A stretch of DNA of 63,028 nucleotides, filler included, from Chiloscyllium plagiosum (lineage: Eukaryota): the NCBI RefSeq assembly GCF_004010195.1. It is 3 parts of one record of this genome, joined end to end, with 100 filler letters (N's around TTAATTAATTAA, not from the genome) between each part and the next. Parts side by side here need not be neighbours in the genome. Positions count along the whole stretch, not along the records: positions 23,832 to 55,458 come from NC_057714.1; 2 more parts are not named here. One strand, given 5' to 3'. The position numbers were made by a program, and so were the translations under genes. The notes under the pieces are model-generated. The model saw nothing but the letters and a program-made list of their open reading frames with translations. It had not been told where the DNA came from and made no database searches. Numbering within the stretch: the first letter of the stretch is position 1; every line of letters begins with the position of its first letter. Positions 36,341-48,455 of the stretch are shown here, one piece after another.

Positions 36341-36527
36341 GTTAGCACTGCTGCCTCACAGCGCCAGAGACCTGGGTTCAATTCCCGCCTCAGGCGACTG
36401 ACTGTGTGGAGTTTGCACGTTCTCCCCGTGTCTGCGTGGGTTTCCTCCGGGTGCTCCGGTTCTTGTTGGGCCGAAGGGCCTGTTTCCACACTGTAAGTAA
36501 TCTAATCTAATCTAATCTAATCTAATC
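36341..36527 (+). mobile_element. HE1-type SINE, internally deleted
   Basis: Head and central domain fused directly to the tail; (TAATC)n. Confidence 0.88.
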
Positions 36528-37649
36528 AATGCATGATCAAAAATACTGAAAAATGAAAGAATATTGTCTTTACATCTTATGTATCCACAGCACAGTAAGA
36601 TGGGTTTCTTGCTAGGCAGCTGCAATTGCCAATTAACATGATTTTCATGCCACTGCTCACCTCATTAATATGCCACTTCTTATTTTACCAAACATATTGT
36701 ACTACATAGCATGACATTGATAATTCCCGACATGGAAGTCAGAGTGGGTCTCCCGTGACTTCAGTTCACTGATGACTGTGAGGAGTCCCCATGTTGCTCA
36801 GCACCAAACAGCATCTCAGACACAGTTCATTGACACCAGTTGCATGCACCTCTCCTCCATGGTCATCAGTTTCCAAAATTTGCCAACCCTTCATGGATGT
36901 CCTGGCACCTCTCCGATCCAGTTGCTGAAAGCAAGTGTTGATCCACAGTCAGTAGTGCCTGGGTTTGAATGGAGAACAATATATGATCAACTTTGGGTTG
37001 CGTGGGGACCTGGGGGATTGCAAAGCCAACGAGCTCCACAGGAAGGCTAGCAGAAAGGAAGTCAGGATGTTTGAAGCCCCAGTAATACATTTAGGTGGAG
37101 GCAGAGAGCCACTAGCTGGAAAGCATTCACTATCGCCTTCCATCATGATGGATATCCAGTGTACACAAAGGGAAAAAAATGATTATATCCAGATCCGGCA
37201 TGGATGGGGCAAATATATCAACCTGTAAGTAAAGGGGCTGCAAATCCCAGTGATATGAGGTCCTTTTGCAGGGAAACAACCAGTGGGATCCCTGAACTCT
37301 GTCAATCCAAAGGCATTGGCTCCCTGTGTGCTATACACCTCACTGTGCCAGACATCGCTGATCACTTCATTCCCACTTTTGCACACAGAAATGAGGGAAA
37401 GAATAAAGATGTTTGACCATGAGAGGCAGTGGTGTCAGTGGAACCTATTGCCCAGTATATACCTCGCTCATCTTCTTTCCTCATGTTGCAGCAGACACAA
37501 CATAGACATCAGTCCATGGTGTATCTCGTGTGGGAATGAAGTAAAGACTTTGCTTCCACAGTTACATTCAGGGCTATACACACACATGCTCAAACAAAGG
37601 GAATAGTGCAAAACCAAACATATTTTTCTAAATGTGATATCTCATTTGC

Positions 37650-37740
37650 AGTCGAGTGTGTGGTGCTGGAAAAGCATAGCAGGTCAGGCAGCATCCGAGG
37701 CGCAGGAGAGTCCATGTTTCTGGCATTAGCCCTTCATCAT
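37650..37740 (-). mobile_element. Decayed PLE family A mini-element
   Basis: Family A tail with a degenerate hammerhead. Confidence 0.65.
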
Positions 37741-38227
37741 ACTTTATATGCAGTGTGCTGTCACCTGTGACATCAAAACACCCTCAAAAGGTTTAATTCT
37801 TTTGTTTCCTCCTGCTGTGTTTCAGTGTTATCCCAAGTTAGCCAACTGGGCTGGAGAGATCCTGCTTGACAGAGGGGAGCCCCAAGGTCCTGGAAGTTTG
37901 TTTGAGTGGCCCTGGTTGCATTTGTATCTGAACGGCTCTGAAATGGCAAAGGTCCCCTTGCAAAATGCAAGTCGATCCTCCTGAGTGTGAGTCTCCAAAG
38001 ATCAGAGGAGGGAAGACAGGGTGAAGAGGAGGGCCTGGCCACCTCCAGAATGTCCTGAAAGGGGATGCTTGAAGGGCCTATGTCTGGTTCTTCCTTCAAC
38101 TGCATACCTACTGGCACTGCCCTGTATCTTTGTGAGGAAAAGACACTTGCAGTGCGTGCCAAGTTTCCCATCTCTCTATCTGGCCATGCCAGTCAGTCCG
38201 GAGGACCAAAGACTGGGCTGTAGCTAT

Positions 38228-38480
38228 GCGTCGAAAAGTGTGGCATTGTAAAAATACAACAGGTCAGGCAGCATCCAAGGAGCAGGAGAATTGATGTTTG
38301 GGGCTTAAGCCCTTCATCAGAAATGTACACAAAGGGCTTATGCCATACATTCCTGATGAGGGGCTTATGCCCGAAACGTCTATTCTCTCCTGCACAACGG
38401 ATGCTGCCTGACCTGCTGTATTTTTCCAGCGTCACACGTTTTGACTCTGATCTCCAGCATCTGCAGTCCTCACTTTCTCC
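38228..38480. mobile_element. PLE family A hairpin element; intact plus core at 38353-38380
   Basis: CTGATGA-G-GGGCTTATGCCC-GAAAC-GTC; decayed inverted arm at 38228-38320. Confidence 0.8.
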
Positions 38481-39509
38481 TGCAGTTACTTGTGCCTTTC
38501 CAGTAGACCTGAGGTTCTGGCTCTCCATGGGCACTGCCAGCCTGCTCTTGGAAGCAGACAGATGATTGCATGCTTAGGGTAATTATGTCCCCATAGTGTA
38601 TCTGCACTCCTGCAGCGTCTGAGCAATGAGGACCATTGTCGCTCACATACCTGCCTACTGCTCCTCATCCTCCCTGTAAATGTGGACAAAGTCCCTATTG
38701 CCAACACCACAGGATCCTCTCCAGTCTAGGCCAAATCGCTTTTCCAGCAACACATTTTCAGCTCTGATCTCTAGCATCTGCAGTCCTCACTTTCTCCTCG
38801 CAGTTTCTTCCTGGGTCAGTTATACAGCTGATACAGGGAGGTGCTCACCAGGTTGAGGTCCCAAACTTTTTAACAGTAATTCTCCCACCAAGGTGTCGAT
38901 ACCTGAGCTGGTGGATGGTGATCACGGCAGTCTTGCCAATCCCTCCTAAGAGGTCTCAGAAGCCTTGGCTCTCTTGAACTCCAAAGTTGAGGAGTTGCCT
39001 TATGGCAGATCAGGCCATTTTTCCATTGAAGTCATAGAAATCCCCACCAACAATAGCAAGATACAAGACAACTAAAGTGTCTCAGCCAGAGGTTAGATAT
39101 GGCTTACAGTGAATGACACTGACAGCAGGAAAGTTGCAGTTGAGTGAAGAGTAGTACTGTCTCAATTTGCAGAACGTGGATGTCTTGGCATCTATATAGG
39201 AATGATCCCAGACTTCTCCTGTGCAAACGTAGATTATTGCCTCATAGGGGATGGGATGTTTGATCTCCATGGAGATGGCACTGACCCAGATGGCAACCTT
39301 GGACCAGGCTGCCAGGGTCTGTCAGTCTCTGGGAAGATGGCACCCCTCCTCTGCACCACAGAGAATCACAGTGCATCTTTCTTCTTCTTTGACATCTTCA
39401 CACTCTGTCTGTCTCTGAGCAAGACAGATTCAGAATGCCAGTGCTCACCCTGGTGCACAGCAGCTTTTTAAATATAACATGGGCACCAATGATGCGTAGT
39501 TTCAGCAGT

Positions 39510-39945
39510 ATCTGATTTGTTCCAAGGAATGTTGTAAGATGGTGCAAACGATGGGAATCCCTCCCAAACAGTATTGTGGGTCTACCTACAGCATATGGAT
39601 TCCTGCAGTTCAATGAACCGAAATCTGCAATCCATTCTAAAAGATGAAAGACTTAACAGCAAATCTACGTTTGTTCAATATATCGTTTTCATTGTATGTC
39701 ACTGTGATCTTTTGCTATAAATTATATGTCTTATGATCCTGCCCCACTAGTTACTGATAAACAAGCAGCACTTTGAAAGCTAGTACTTCCAAATAACCCT
39801 GTTGGACTATAACCTGGTGTTGTGTGATTTTTAACACAGTTCAAGAGGTCAGTTCACCAACACCTTCTTAAGGGTAACTAATGATGGGAAATAAATGCTG
39901 GCCAGTCAATGACACCCACTTCCCACAAGTGTATTTTTCAAAAAA
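39510..39945 (+). mobile_element. CR1/L2-like 3' UTR interrupted by a PLE family C fragment (~39614-39835)
   Basis: CAGTTCAA repeated on both sides of the insert; insert matches 55900-56120; decayed CTGATAA...GAAAGCTA core. Confidence 0.7.
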
Positions 39946-40244
39946 TCGGACAAGCACAGCATACAAGCAAGGTGATTTGTTAATGAGGCGGGTTGGTTAA
40001 GATGAGGTGAGGAATACCTCAGGAAGCCTTATGGAAAAAAACCTCCAAAAATATCCAACACAACCATTATTTTAGCAAAATGTAAGATTTAACCCCTTGT
40101 GTTTTGCAATATTCTACATGACTATATTGATGCCTTGGAATTAATGTAAATTAAAATTTACATGGATGCTATGTGAATTGGATGTTCTTACAACTAAAAG
40201 ACAAAACAAAAAGGCTGTTGATAGATTAATATACTCGGAATAAA

Positions 40245-40640
40245 ATTAGTGAATGAGAAAAACACTCTATGTGGAAAGAAGATTTTCATTTTGACTGTAC
40301 ACGCCAAAAAAACATACAAGAAGGGGGTCAAAAGTGTATTAGTTGTGCACAGCTACAAATGACTATGTTTGGAATTTTAAAGAGTACATTGAAAATCTTG
40401 CTAAGGCAACAAGCCAACAGACATGTTTTAGTGATAACAGACAACAGATTGGCAGACATGCTTTGGACCTGGTGGAGCCACAGTTCAAGAAAGAATTCTT
40501 ACATATTTATGGACAGTTTCTATGTACGCCAAGGACTATTAGGATTGCCAGCAATTTACAGGATGAAAATTGATACAATGATTACCATGGTACCATACAA
40601 AGAAACCTCAGCAGAATACATGCTGGAAGCTAAGTTCTGG
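40245..40640 (+). mobile_element. piggyBac (PGBD-like) transposase relic
   Basis: WK..RFSF*LYTPKKHTRRGSKVY*LCTATNDYVWNFKEY...ALDLVEPQF / YIFMDSFY matches the piggyBac DDD-region motifs, with stops and frameshifts. Confidence 0.7.
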
Positions 40641-42734
40641 AACAAATCAGATCATAAATGCAACATTTAGTTCAGTCTTCAGAGATGGGGTTCAATTTTT
40701 GTTTTCATAAATATGTCTGTCATTTTTGTTGCATTGACCTAGTTTAGTATTGCCCTCTTAGTAACTTTGTATGGAAAATTCACAATTGCTATGTTGTCAT
40801 AAATTTCACCAAAGTAGCTGGCTCAATTTCCTGGCCAGAAAAAAAATCAAGTAAAAATATATTCATCTGATGTTTTATGTTGGCATTTGGGCTTCACACG
40901 AAGCTGCTCCCATGACTCTTTATCAAACTTCTCAACATGACCTTTTACTTCTTTCTCTCGCCCATATGCAGAACCAGTTTCCCCGTAATTGCGTCTTTGC
41001 TGTTTGCCTTAATTGCTCTTTGTAGTAGACAGTTCCACATTCTGATCACTCTCTGGGTAAAGAGGTTTTTCTGAATTCTGTGTTTGATTTATTGGCTTAG
41101 TGAACAGGCAGAACTGAAACATTGCAACACAAAATACTGGTAAATGTGTAACCAAAGTATCAGGCTTAATTTTCTATCCAGGATCAGCATATCGTTAAAA
41201 GGATTATCAACATGCTGAACCAATTTTCATCTAATTTGCAATAATCATGGCAAACTTAAATGTAACTTGCCCATACAAGAATTGGAAAGAGTGCCTGCAC
41301 ATCAGATATGTTTACAAAGCAAAATGTCACAGAAGTTGGGAAACTGAAACAGAACCAGAGTGTTCTGGAAACACTAGGCCAGTTAACACTTGTGATAGGA
41401 CAGCCGAGGTTCTGGCTTGGGTCTGGGTCTTCATCAGAACTGCAAGATAATATGTGGGCAGTTTATTGAGGGTGTTTTAATGCTGACAAACAAGTGGGTT
41501 TAGATTATGTGGACGCTTGGTTAAAGCCAGGTTTCAATTGAGCTAATTTCAATGGGAAGGGGCTGGAGTTGTGTTGGCAATTGAGCTGACTGCAGGAGAT
41601 CAGATGGCAATTGAAATGTTATAACGGTGCTAGCAGCCTCATATCGATCTGCAGTTTGAAATTTAATTCTGACCACCTGGATTTCCCAGCCCTCAGGAAG
41701 GCTACCAGATAAAGGTGGGCAAATATGTCAGGTTCCAGGAGGTAAGTGCCTTTCCATATATCTGCTAGATTCAACATATCTGCCTTAACAGTCTGCCACA
41801 ATTGGATATTATAATCTATCTATTCAGTACACTCCCACCCTCCCAACTTGGAATACATGGCCTTGAGCCTCCCTCTAGTGTCTCTGTTCCTCTGGTTTCC
41901 AGACTTTACAACATCGGCCTATATTCATTGATTCCCTTCTCCCTCTGCCACCACCATTCATCTTCAATCCTGGAGGTTTCTGCACTCTCATCCTACCCTA
42001 TACTGGCCTCCTCCTTTTCTTGTGGTCATATTTAGATCCTTAGGATCTATGGATCTCTGTCCTACCCCAACATTACTGCCTCATGATTTGATCCTTCTCT
42101 CACTCTGATCTGCTGCCCATCGGCTGAAGTCCTATCAGCTGACAAACTGCCAGCCCTCAGTCTGGCTGCCAAGGCTGGGAAATTGAGAATAATTGGTTAG
42201 TTGAGTCTTGCTGTTAAACTCAGCAAGAGGGCACACAGGCAACCAATTCTTCACGGTTTTCTTATCACAATCCAACCTGTGTCATGAAGCCTCCCACACT
42301 GCATCCTTATCGACAGACAAAAATCCAGAGCATAGCACCAGATATAGTGTAAATATATCTCCCCTTTTGGATTTATGAGTGTTTAACAGGGCTTTTTTTC
42401 TTTCTGGCCTTCTTCCCAAGCAGAATGATTTTCCCTAGTACCTACTTTATCAAAATCCTACATACCTTAATAGACATCTATTAGAGTCACCTTCGCTTTT
42501 ATAGAAAACATGTTGAACCTTTCAGAACGAAAATTTCCACTCAGTTTAAGAGTTATCTTTTTGAACTTAATTTGCACATTCTCCAGTTTCTCTATATATT
42601 ATTTTCATAATATGAGTATGAGAACTGCATGTAGCACTCGGTGTCCTAGAACGAAGGTTTAATACAAATTTAACATAACATTTTTGACTTTTAATATTAT
42701 CTTTTTTACAGTGCTTTGCTTTTTCTTTGTCCTA

Positions 42735-43285
42735 TGAGAAGGATATTGTGAAACTTGAAAGGGTTTAGAAAAGATTTACAAGGATATTGCCAGGGTTAGA
42801 AGATTTGAGATATAGGGAGACGCTGAATAGGCTCGGGCTGTATTCCCTGGAGCGTCGGAGGCTGAGGGGTGACCTCATACAGGTTTATAAAATCATGAGG
42901 AGCATGGAAGGGTAAATGGACAAGGTCTTTTCCCTGGGGTCAGGGTAGTCCATAACTAGAGGGCATAGAGAGTGAGAGGGGAAAGATTTAAAAGGGACCT
43001 AGGCATAGAGAGTGAGAGGGGAAAGATTTAAAAGGGACCTAGGTGGCAACTTTTTCACGCAGAGGGTGGTGCATGTATGGAATGAGCTGCCAGAGGAAGT
43101 GGTGGAAGCTGGTACAATTGCAACATTTAAAAGACATCTGAATGGGTATATGAATAGGAAGGGTTTAGAGGGAGCTGGGATAAGTGCTGGCAAATGGAAC
43201 TATTTTAACTTAGGATAACTGGTCAGGATGCATGAATTGGACCGAATGGTCTGTTTCCGTGCTTTACATCTCTTTGCCTCTAAGC
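42735..43285 (+). mobile_element. CR1 LINE 3' end with a 40-bp internal tandem duplication (42962-43043)
   Basis: GNFFTQRVVHVWNELPEEVVEAG; GGCATAGAGAGTGAGAGGGGAAAGATTTAAAAGGGACCTA occurs twice. Confidence 0.88.
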
Positions 43286-43679
43286 ACTATAACAACTTCT
43301 GATGATGTTTCTACTTGCAGTTTCATTCTTCTCAAAGCAGAATTGCAAGTAGTTTTGCTTTTCATGAATTACCTTTGAACTTTTAGCAAATTCCCGAATG
43401 TTAAAAAAGCCTGTCATACCAAGGCTAAGTGATACATTCCCAAAATGCAAGACATAACAAATTTGGTCTTCATGATTATTTCACATTTTGAAATGCTGTA
43501 TGGGTTGACCTTAGTCTAAATTTTAAGGTCAGCAGCAAAATAACATCATTTAGAACCAAACATGGAAATAGCCACCCATGAAAATCTATCAATTTCTATG
43601 GTGAGCATTTTTCTTTTCCTGATGTTGTTTTATACCTGCTGCCAAGTCAAGAAGTCCCCAGGTGCCCAACAATAATCAC

Positions 43680-43986
43680 CAGAGAGCCAGGTCGATTCCA
43701 GCCTCGGGTAACAGTTTGCGTGGAGTTTGCACATTCTCTCCGTGTCTGCATTGGTTTCCTCCGGGTGCTCTAGTTCATTCCCACAGTCCAAAGATGTGCA
43801 AGTTAGGTGAATTGGCCATGTTAAATTGCCCATCATTTTCAGGGGTATGTAAGTTAGGTGCATTAGTCAGGGGAAATGTATTGTAATAGGGTGGGTAGGG
43901 GAAATGGGTTTAGGTGGGTTACTCTAAGGAGGGTTGGTGTGGACTTGTTAGGCCGAAGGGCCTGTTTCCATGCTGTAAGTAATCTA
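43680..43986 (+). mobile_element. HE1-type SINE (5' truncated)
   Basis: Central domain and GTAAGTAATCTAA tail. Confidence 0.85.
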
Positions 43987-45323
43987 AAAAATTCTGTGGT
44001 GGAATCATGTGAGAAGTGAATCTCACAATTAGAGGAAACTCGCTGCTGGTTCTTTTGTATCTCCCAAGCGGTGAGGTAAGATTCTTGCTAGGCAGAGGCA
44101 AGTTGCCTGTTACTGGGTTTTAACACCAAAATTCACCTGTTTTTAAGCCATTGCTGCTAAGTTTTGCGTCATTTGAGACATCAGTGTTAGATTTGCAAAC
44201 ATCAGTGGCAAGGTGCAAATTGCTTTCGATCAGCACATTCAATCTGTAATGCAAATTGATGAAGAAATGAATAGGAAATTTAAAGTAGTTGGAGTTTGCA
44301 AACACATGCTTCCTGTATTTGCCCATTCAAAGTCCTAACATCCAATAGGCATGGATCTGACACTGTCATCCAACAAACTAACATTGACTCCGCACACGCT
44401 TGGTGTTAAAATTAGAGTGGTGCTGGAAAAGCACATTCCTCATTCCTGATGAAGTGCTTTTGCCTGAAACATCGATGTTCCTGCTCCTCGGATGCTGCCT
44501 GACCTGCTGTGCTTTTCCAGCACCACTCTAATCTTGACTCTAATAGCTAGGCAACACAGCTCATGGTGGACAGCATTAGCATTTCACTCTACCTGGTCAC
44601 CAGGTAGACCCCCGTGTCCAGAGCATCCAAGTTCCCTTTAACCTTGTACTACCCCATGGTCCCGTTGTACCCATTTCCCTTCCATTCCCCCATATGAATA
44701 CCTGCCATATTGTGCATCGCCACCAACCATCCTCCCTGACCTCTGAACCACGACAGTACACCTGAATGTTGCCCACTTTGGGCCTCTGCTATCCCTGTGG
44801 AAGCCACAGTGGTGGTGGGCAACACAATGGCATCCCCCGTCCGTTAGCCTAACATGCCTTCTGATGCGGTTCTGCGATGTCCCTTATACAGTGATATTCC
44901 CATATCACTATTGCCCTGATGGGTTGGATGGATCATGCTCTGAGATGCTGCTTCATGCAGATCAATGTGGAGGCTCTTCACAGGCACTGCCAGGTTGAGG
45001 TCACCAGATACTTTTTCTGACTTCTATGATGGGAATTCACATTATCCATTTTGCTCAGCAGATTTGGGTAAGACAGGAAGCTGACTTTAATGTGCTGAGA
45101 TGTGCAGGCAGTCAGATTGTTAACATCTGTTAAAACCCTCTAACATGTTACTTGCCTCTGTCCAGCAAGAATCTTACCTCACCGCTTGGGAGATACAAAA
45201 GAACCAGCTGTGAGTTTCTTCTAATGGTGAGATTCACTTCTTACATGGTTTCACCACAGATGTTTTAGATTACTTACAGCGTGGAAACAGGCCCTTCAGC
45301 CCAACAAGTCCATACCCACCCTC
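43931..45323. repeat. ~190-bp inverted repeat (43931-44124 vs 45128-45323)
   Basis: GCTGGTTCTTTTGTATCTCCCAAGCGGTGAGGTAAGATTCTTGCT and its reverse complement; the arms include SINE tails. Confidence 0.85.
44405..44540 (+). mobile_element. PLE family A mini-element with short inverted 5' end
   Basis: Core at 44446-44473 (CpG-decayed); ATTAGAGTGGTGCTGGAAAAGCAC inverted against the tail. Confidence 0.72.
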
Positions 45324-45420
45324 TGAAGAGCAACCGACCCATACCCTTTCCCCTACATTTACCCCTTCACCTAACACTACGGGCAATTTAGCATGGCCAA
45401 TTCACCTAACCTGCACATTT
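45264..45420 (-). mobile_element. HE1-type SINE 3' fragment
   Basis: Reverse complement of the HE1 tail. Confidence 0.85.
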
Positions 45421-45589
45421 TGTTCCTGCACTTTATTTCCTTCTTTGCTGCCTCTAAATTCTAAAAGGTGATTGGCTGATTACCTTAATTGAGACGTTTT
45501 TTTTGAATCATTGAATGCCTACATTGTGGAAACAGGCCATTTAGGAAGAGGGTCATAACATAGCAGGTATTCCATTTTTAATGTAAAGT

Positions 45590-45800
45590 GTTGGCCACTC
45601 AGCCAGTGTGCCATCTTCACCAGGTTGGTGCAGATGGTTTGACTACAGCCACGGTGGAACAGATGATAGGGATGTTGAAGGTGCTTGGATTGGTTTGGGG
45701 ACCCCTCCAGTATAGACTAGATAGGGCAGAATCACCCTGGTATATTGTGATCTGTATATTTAGAGCAGGCAACACAGTGATGTGATAGATGTTGAGGGAC
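45590..45800 (+). mobile_element. Harbinger (HARBI1-like) transposase C-terminal relic
   Basis: TTATVEQMIGMLKV...GPLQYRLDR resembles TRxxVExxIGxLKxRF...GGxLQYxP; an acidic tail follows. Confidence 0.6.
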
Positions 45801-46594
45801 TGGAAGATGTAAGCAGTCTTCTGAGGAGGAGGAGGAGGATGAAGACATTGGAGAGAAAACTCTCATTGTCCAGGACAGAGCTCAGCTGTATTAAAAGACA
45901 GACCGGTGTGACACTGGGTGCAGCAGGCAATCATGAACTGTAAAATAGTAAAACAGTCATGAAAACATCATTTGGTTTGTATTGTGTGAGCATACTCTGA
46001 TTTGATTTTGTTTGCTTTTGCTGGCCGTAAGTAAAAGCTCATCTTTGGAATTTCCAATTGTTGGAATGTACATGATGTTTCGCTACTGGATAATGCCAAG
46101 GCCTGGTACACCAGAGGACATTGGGGACAGAGTCATGGTGAGTTAAAGAGGGTGTTTAGACAAATGTAGATAAAGTAAATGGTACGCCCCAATGGTTAAA
46201 CAGTGACTAGGTAGGGAAATGGTTTGTATGTGTGAGGGATTGTTCACCAGGCTAAACGTGAGGCATGGGCAACATGGTTTTATGGCAGAACTGCTAGTTT
46301 TTTGGCAGATGTGTGCTAATAGGTGATTTGGCCTGGGAATGGTGTGTGGTAACACGGGATTAGAATCAAATGAGAGAGATGCCATAGGGAGAGGGTAAGT
46401 GATTGATGAGATGGGTTTCGTAAAATTTCATAAGAAATCTTGCCAGGCCTCATGGCAAGAAACTATCCAAAAAAACTAAATGAAATTGGCACTTAGTTAA
46501 AAAAAATAAGATGCAGCATGCAATATTTTTGGGTAAATGCTTTAACTGCAAAAACCGGTGTAAAAGTGGAAGCTCTCACTAGTTCATTGGTCAA

Positions 46595-46685
46595 AGTCAG
46601 AAGTCACACCCCACCAGATTACAGTCCAAAACATTTATTTGAAATGACAAGCTTTCGGAGCTCTGCTCCTTTGTCAGGCAAAGTC
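46595..46685 (-). mobile_element. 91-bp PLE family C mini-element with degenerate hammerhead
   Basis: Perfect 14-bp TSD AGTTCATTGGTCAA at 46581-46594 and 46686-46699; minus strand CTGACAA-A-GGAGC-AGA-GCTCC-GAAAG-CTT. Confidence 0.78.
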
Positions 46686-46734
46686 AGTTCATTGGTCAAC
46701 ATGGTCAAGATTGTCAAATGGCCCCCTTTTTTTT

Positions 46735-47025
46735 ACATTACATTACATTACATTACAGTGTGGAAACAGGCCCTTCGGCCCAACAAGTCCACACCGCCCC
46801 GCTGAAGTGCAACCCACCCATACCCCTACATTTACCCCTTACCTAACACTACGGGCAATTTAGCATGGCCAATTCACCTGGCCTGCACATCTTTAGACTG
46901 TGGGAGGAAACCAGAGCACCCGGAGGAAACCCACTCCACACAGTCAGTCGCCTGAGGCGGGAATTGAACCCGGGTCTCTGGCGCTGTGAGGCAGCAGTGC
47001 TAACCACTGTGCCACCGTGCCGCCC
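46735..47025 (-). mobile_element. HE1-type SINE
   Basis: Head, central domain (small deletion) and (TAATG)n tail. Confidence 0.9.
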
Positions 47026-47042
47026 ACTTTTGTGCTGTACTA

Positions 47043-47236
47043 TCAGTTCTTCTTTAATGCGATGGTTGTGTTCTTGTGCAACTCTGCATTATAGAAAAAT
47101 CGCTCTTTAGAAACAGTGCTTAACAGCCAACACACATTTTAAAAGTTCACATTGAGAATCAGCGTCCCCGATTTGTCAATCATGTTACAGTGAATTCGCA
47201 TTGAAGAAACATGTGTTAAGACAGAACGACCTGTAC
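47043..47236. mobile_element. Tigger-like MITE fragment
   Basis: Ends ...CAGAACGACCTG-TA, similar to the TIR of 26847-27064. Confidence 0.45.
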
Positions 47237-47690
47237 CGTTTTTACAGTTTGATGATTCCTATTATGTTCTAAAGTTTTTCAGATGCAGAGATTTCAATAT
47301 CTCTCCTTATGGAAAGGCAGGGAATCAATGAATTAATTTCTGGATTGCCACCTTATATATTTGCAGGTATTTTGTTTCTATGGAAAGAGCCTTGTTACCA
47401 AAGTAAGATAGTCAATCAGGTAAAGACACAACTAACCACTTATAATCATCACAACAAACTGGATGAGTCTGACTTGCTTTCTAAAAACACACTCAATGAT
47501 TATGTTTGCAAATATGAACTATCTTGTTCAAAATATCAATATACGAAACAGACTCATGTATATGACATATAATAAGAAACATATGTGGTCAGATAGCAGA
47601 AGTTAATATTTGCTCAGGTTGTTAGCAGGAAGTCACCTCCTGTCATGAACAATTGCAGCTCTTGCTTCTCTAATCTGCTGAGAATGCTGC

Positions 47691-47900
47691 TATAGTCTTA
47701 CCAGACCATTGGGGCTGCTCTCTCATTAGAGAGAAGCAACTGGTGGTGATTTAACCTGAGGGCCACCAGACCTCAGGCAAGGGAAGAGGTTGAGAAGGGG
47801 AATCTTTCGCAGTAACCTCAAACCAGTAATGGGAATTAAGCCCATGCTATTGGCATCACACTGCTCTATAAACTAACAATCCAGCCAACTGAGCTAAACC
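47691..47900 (-). mobile_element. tRNA-derived SINE (third family)
   Basis: Minus strand begins TGGTTTAGCTCAGTTGG (A-box) with a degenerate B-box GGCTTAATTCCC. Confidence 0.55.
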
Positions 47901-48339
47901 AATTACCACTGAGAATGTAGGACAGGCTGTAATTTTCAGATTAATTATCTTCCCACTAAAATAGTCTAAATCAGGAAGTGACATTTATATTTAGTAGTTT
48001 GCAAATATAAAATTAGAAAACATCTTTTAGGGCAATAGACCCCAAGTGTTTACAATTGATAAAAAATTGTCCAAGTTTTCATTTCTTAAAATTCTGCTAC
48101 TTGTAGTAGAATGAGGTATTGGAAATACTTTCACAGATTCAGCTAAAGTCATTATTATCTATTTCTCCATGTACAGGGACATAGGAAGGAACATATATTC
48201 CATGTAGCTTGCCAAAGGTATTTATTGTGAGATCACTTTTCTGAATATTTCTGCTCAGTCTGAAAGCATGATCCTAAGTTTTCAGTTGCTTGCCATTTTA
48301 ATTTGCCTCCCAGTATGCACGCTCACATTTCCACCCTCA

Positions 48340-48455
48340 ATCGGCCACAGTGTTCTCAACTTAATCTTGAGTGATAACACCTCTTCTTTCAATTAGATTA
48401 GGGACTTTCTCGTTTTTTGGGTTCAACATTGAATTCAACAGTTTCAGAGCATGAA
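48340..48455 (+). mobile_element. Ancient PLE endonuclease C-terminal relic
   Basis: HLFFQL..GT....GFNIEFNSFR resembles LIFRLGTLQPxGMNxDF of the 18387 ORF. Confidence 0.45.
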
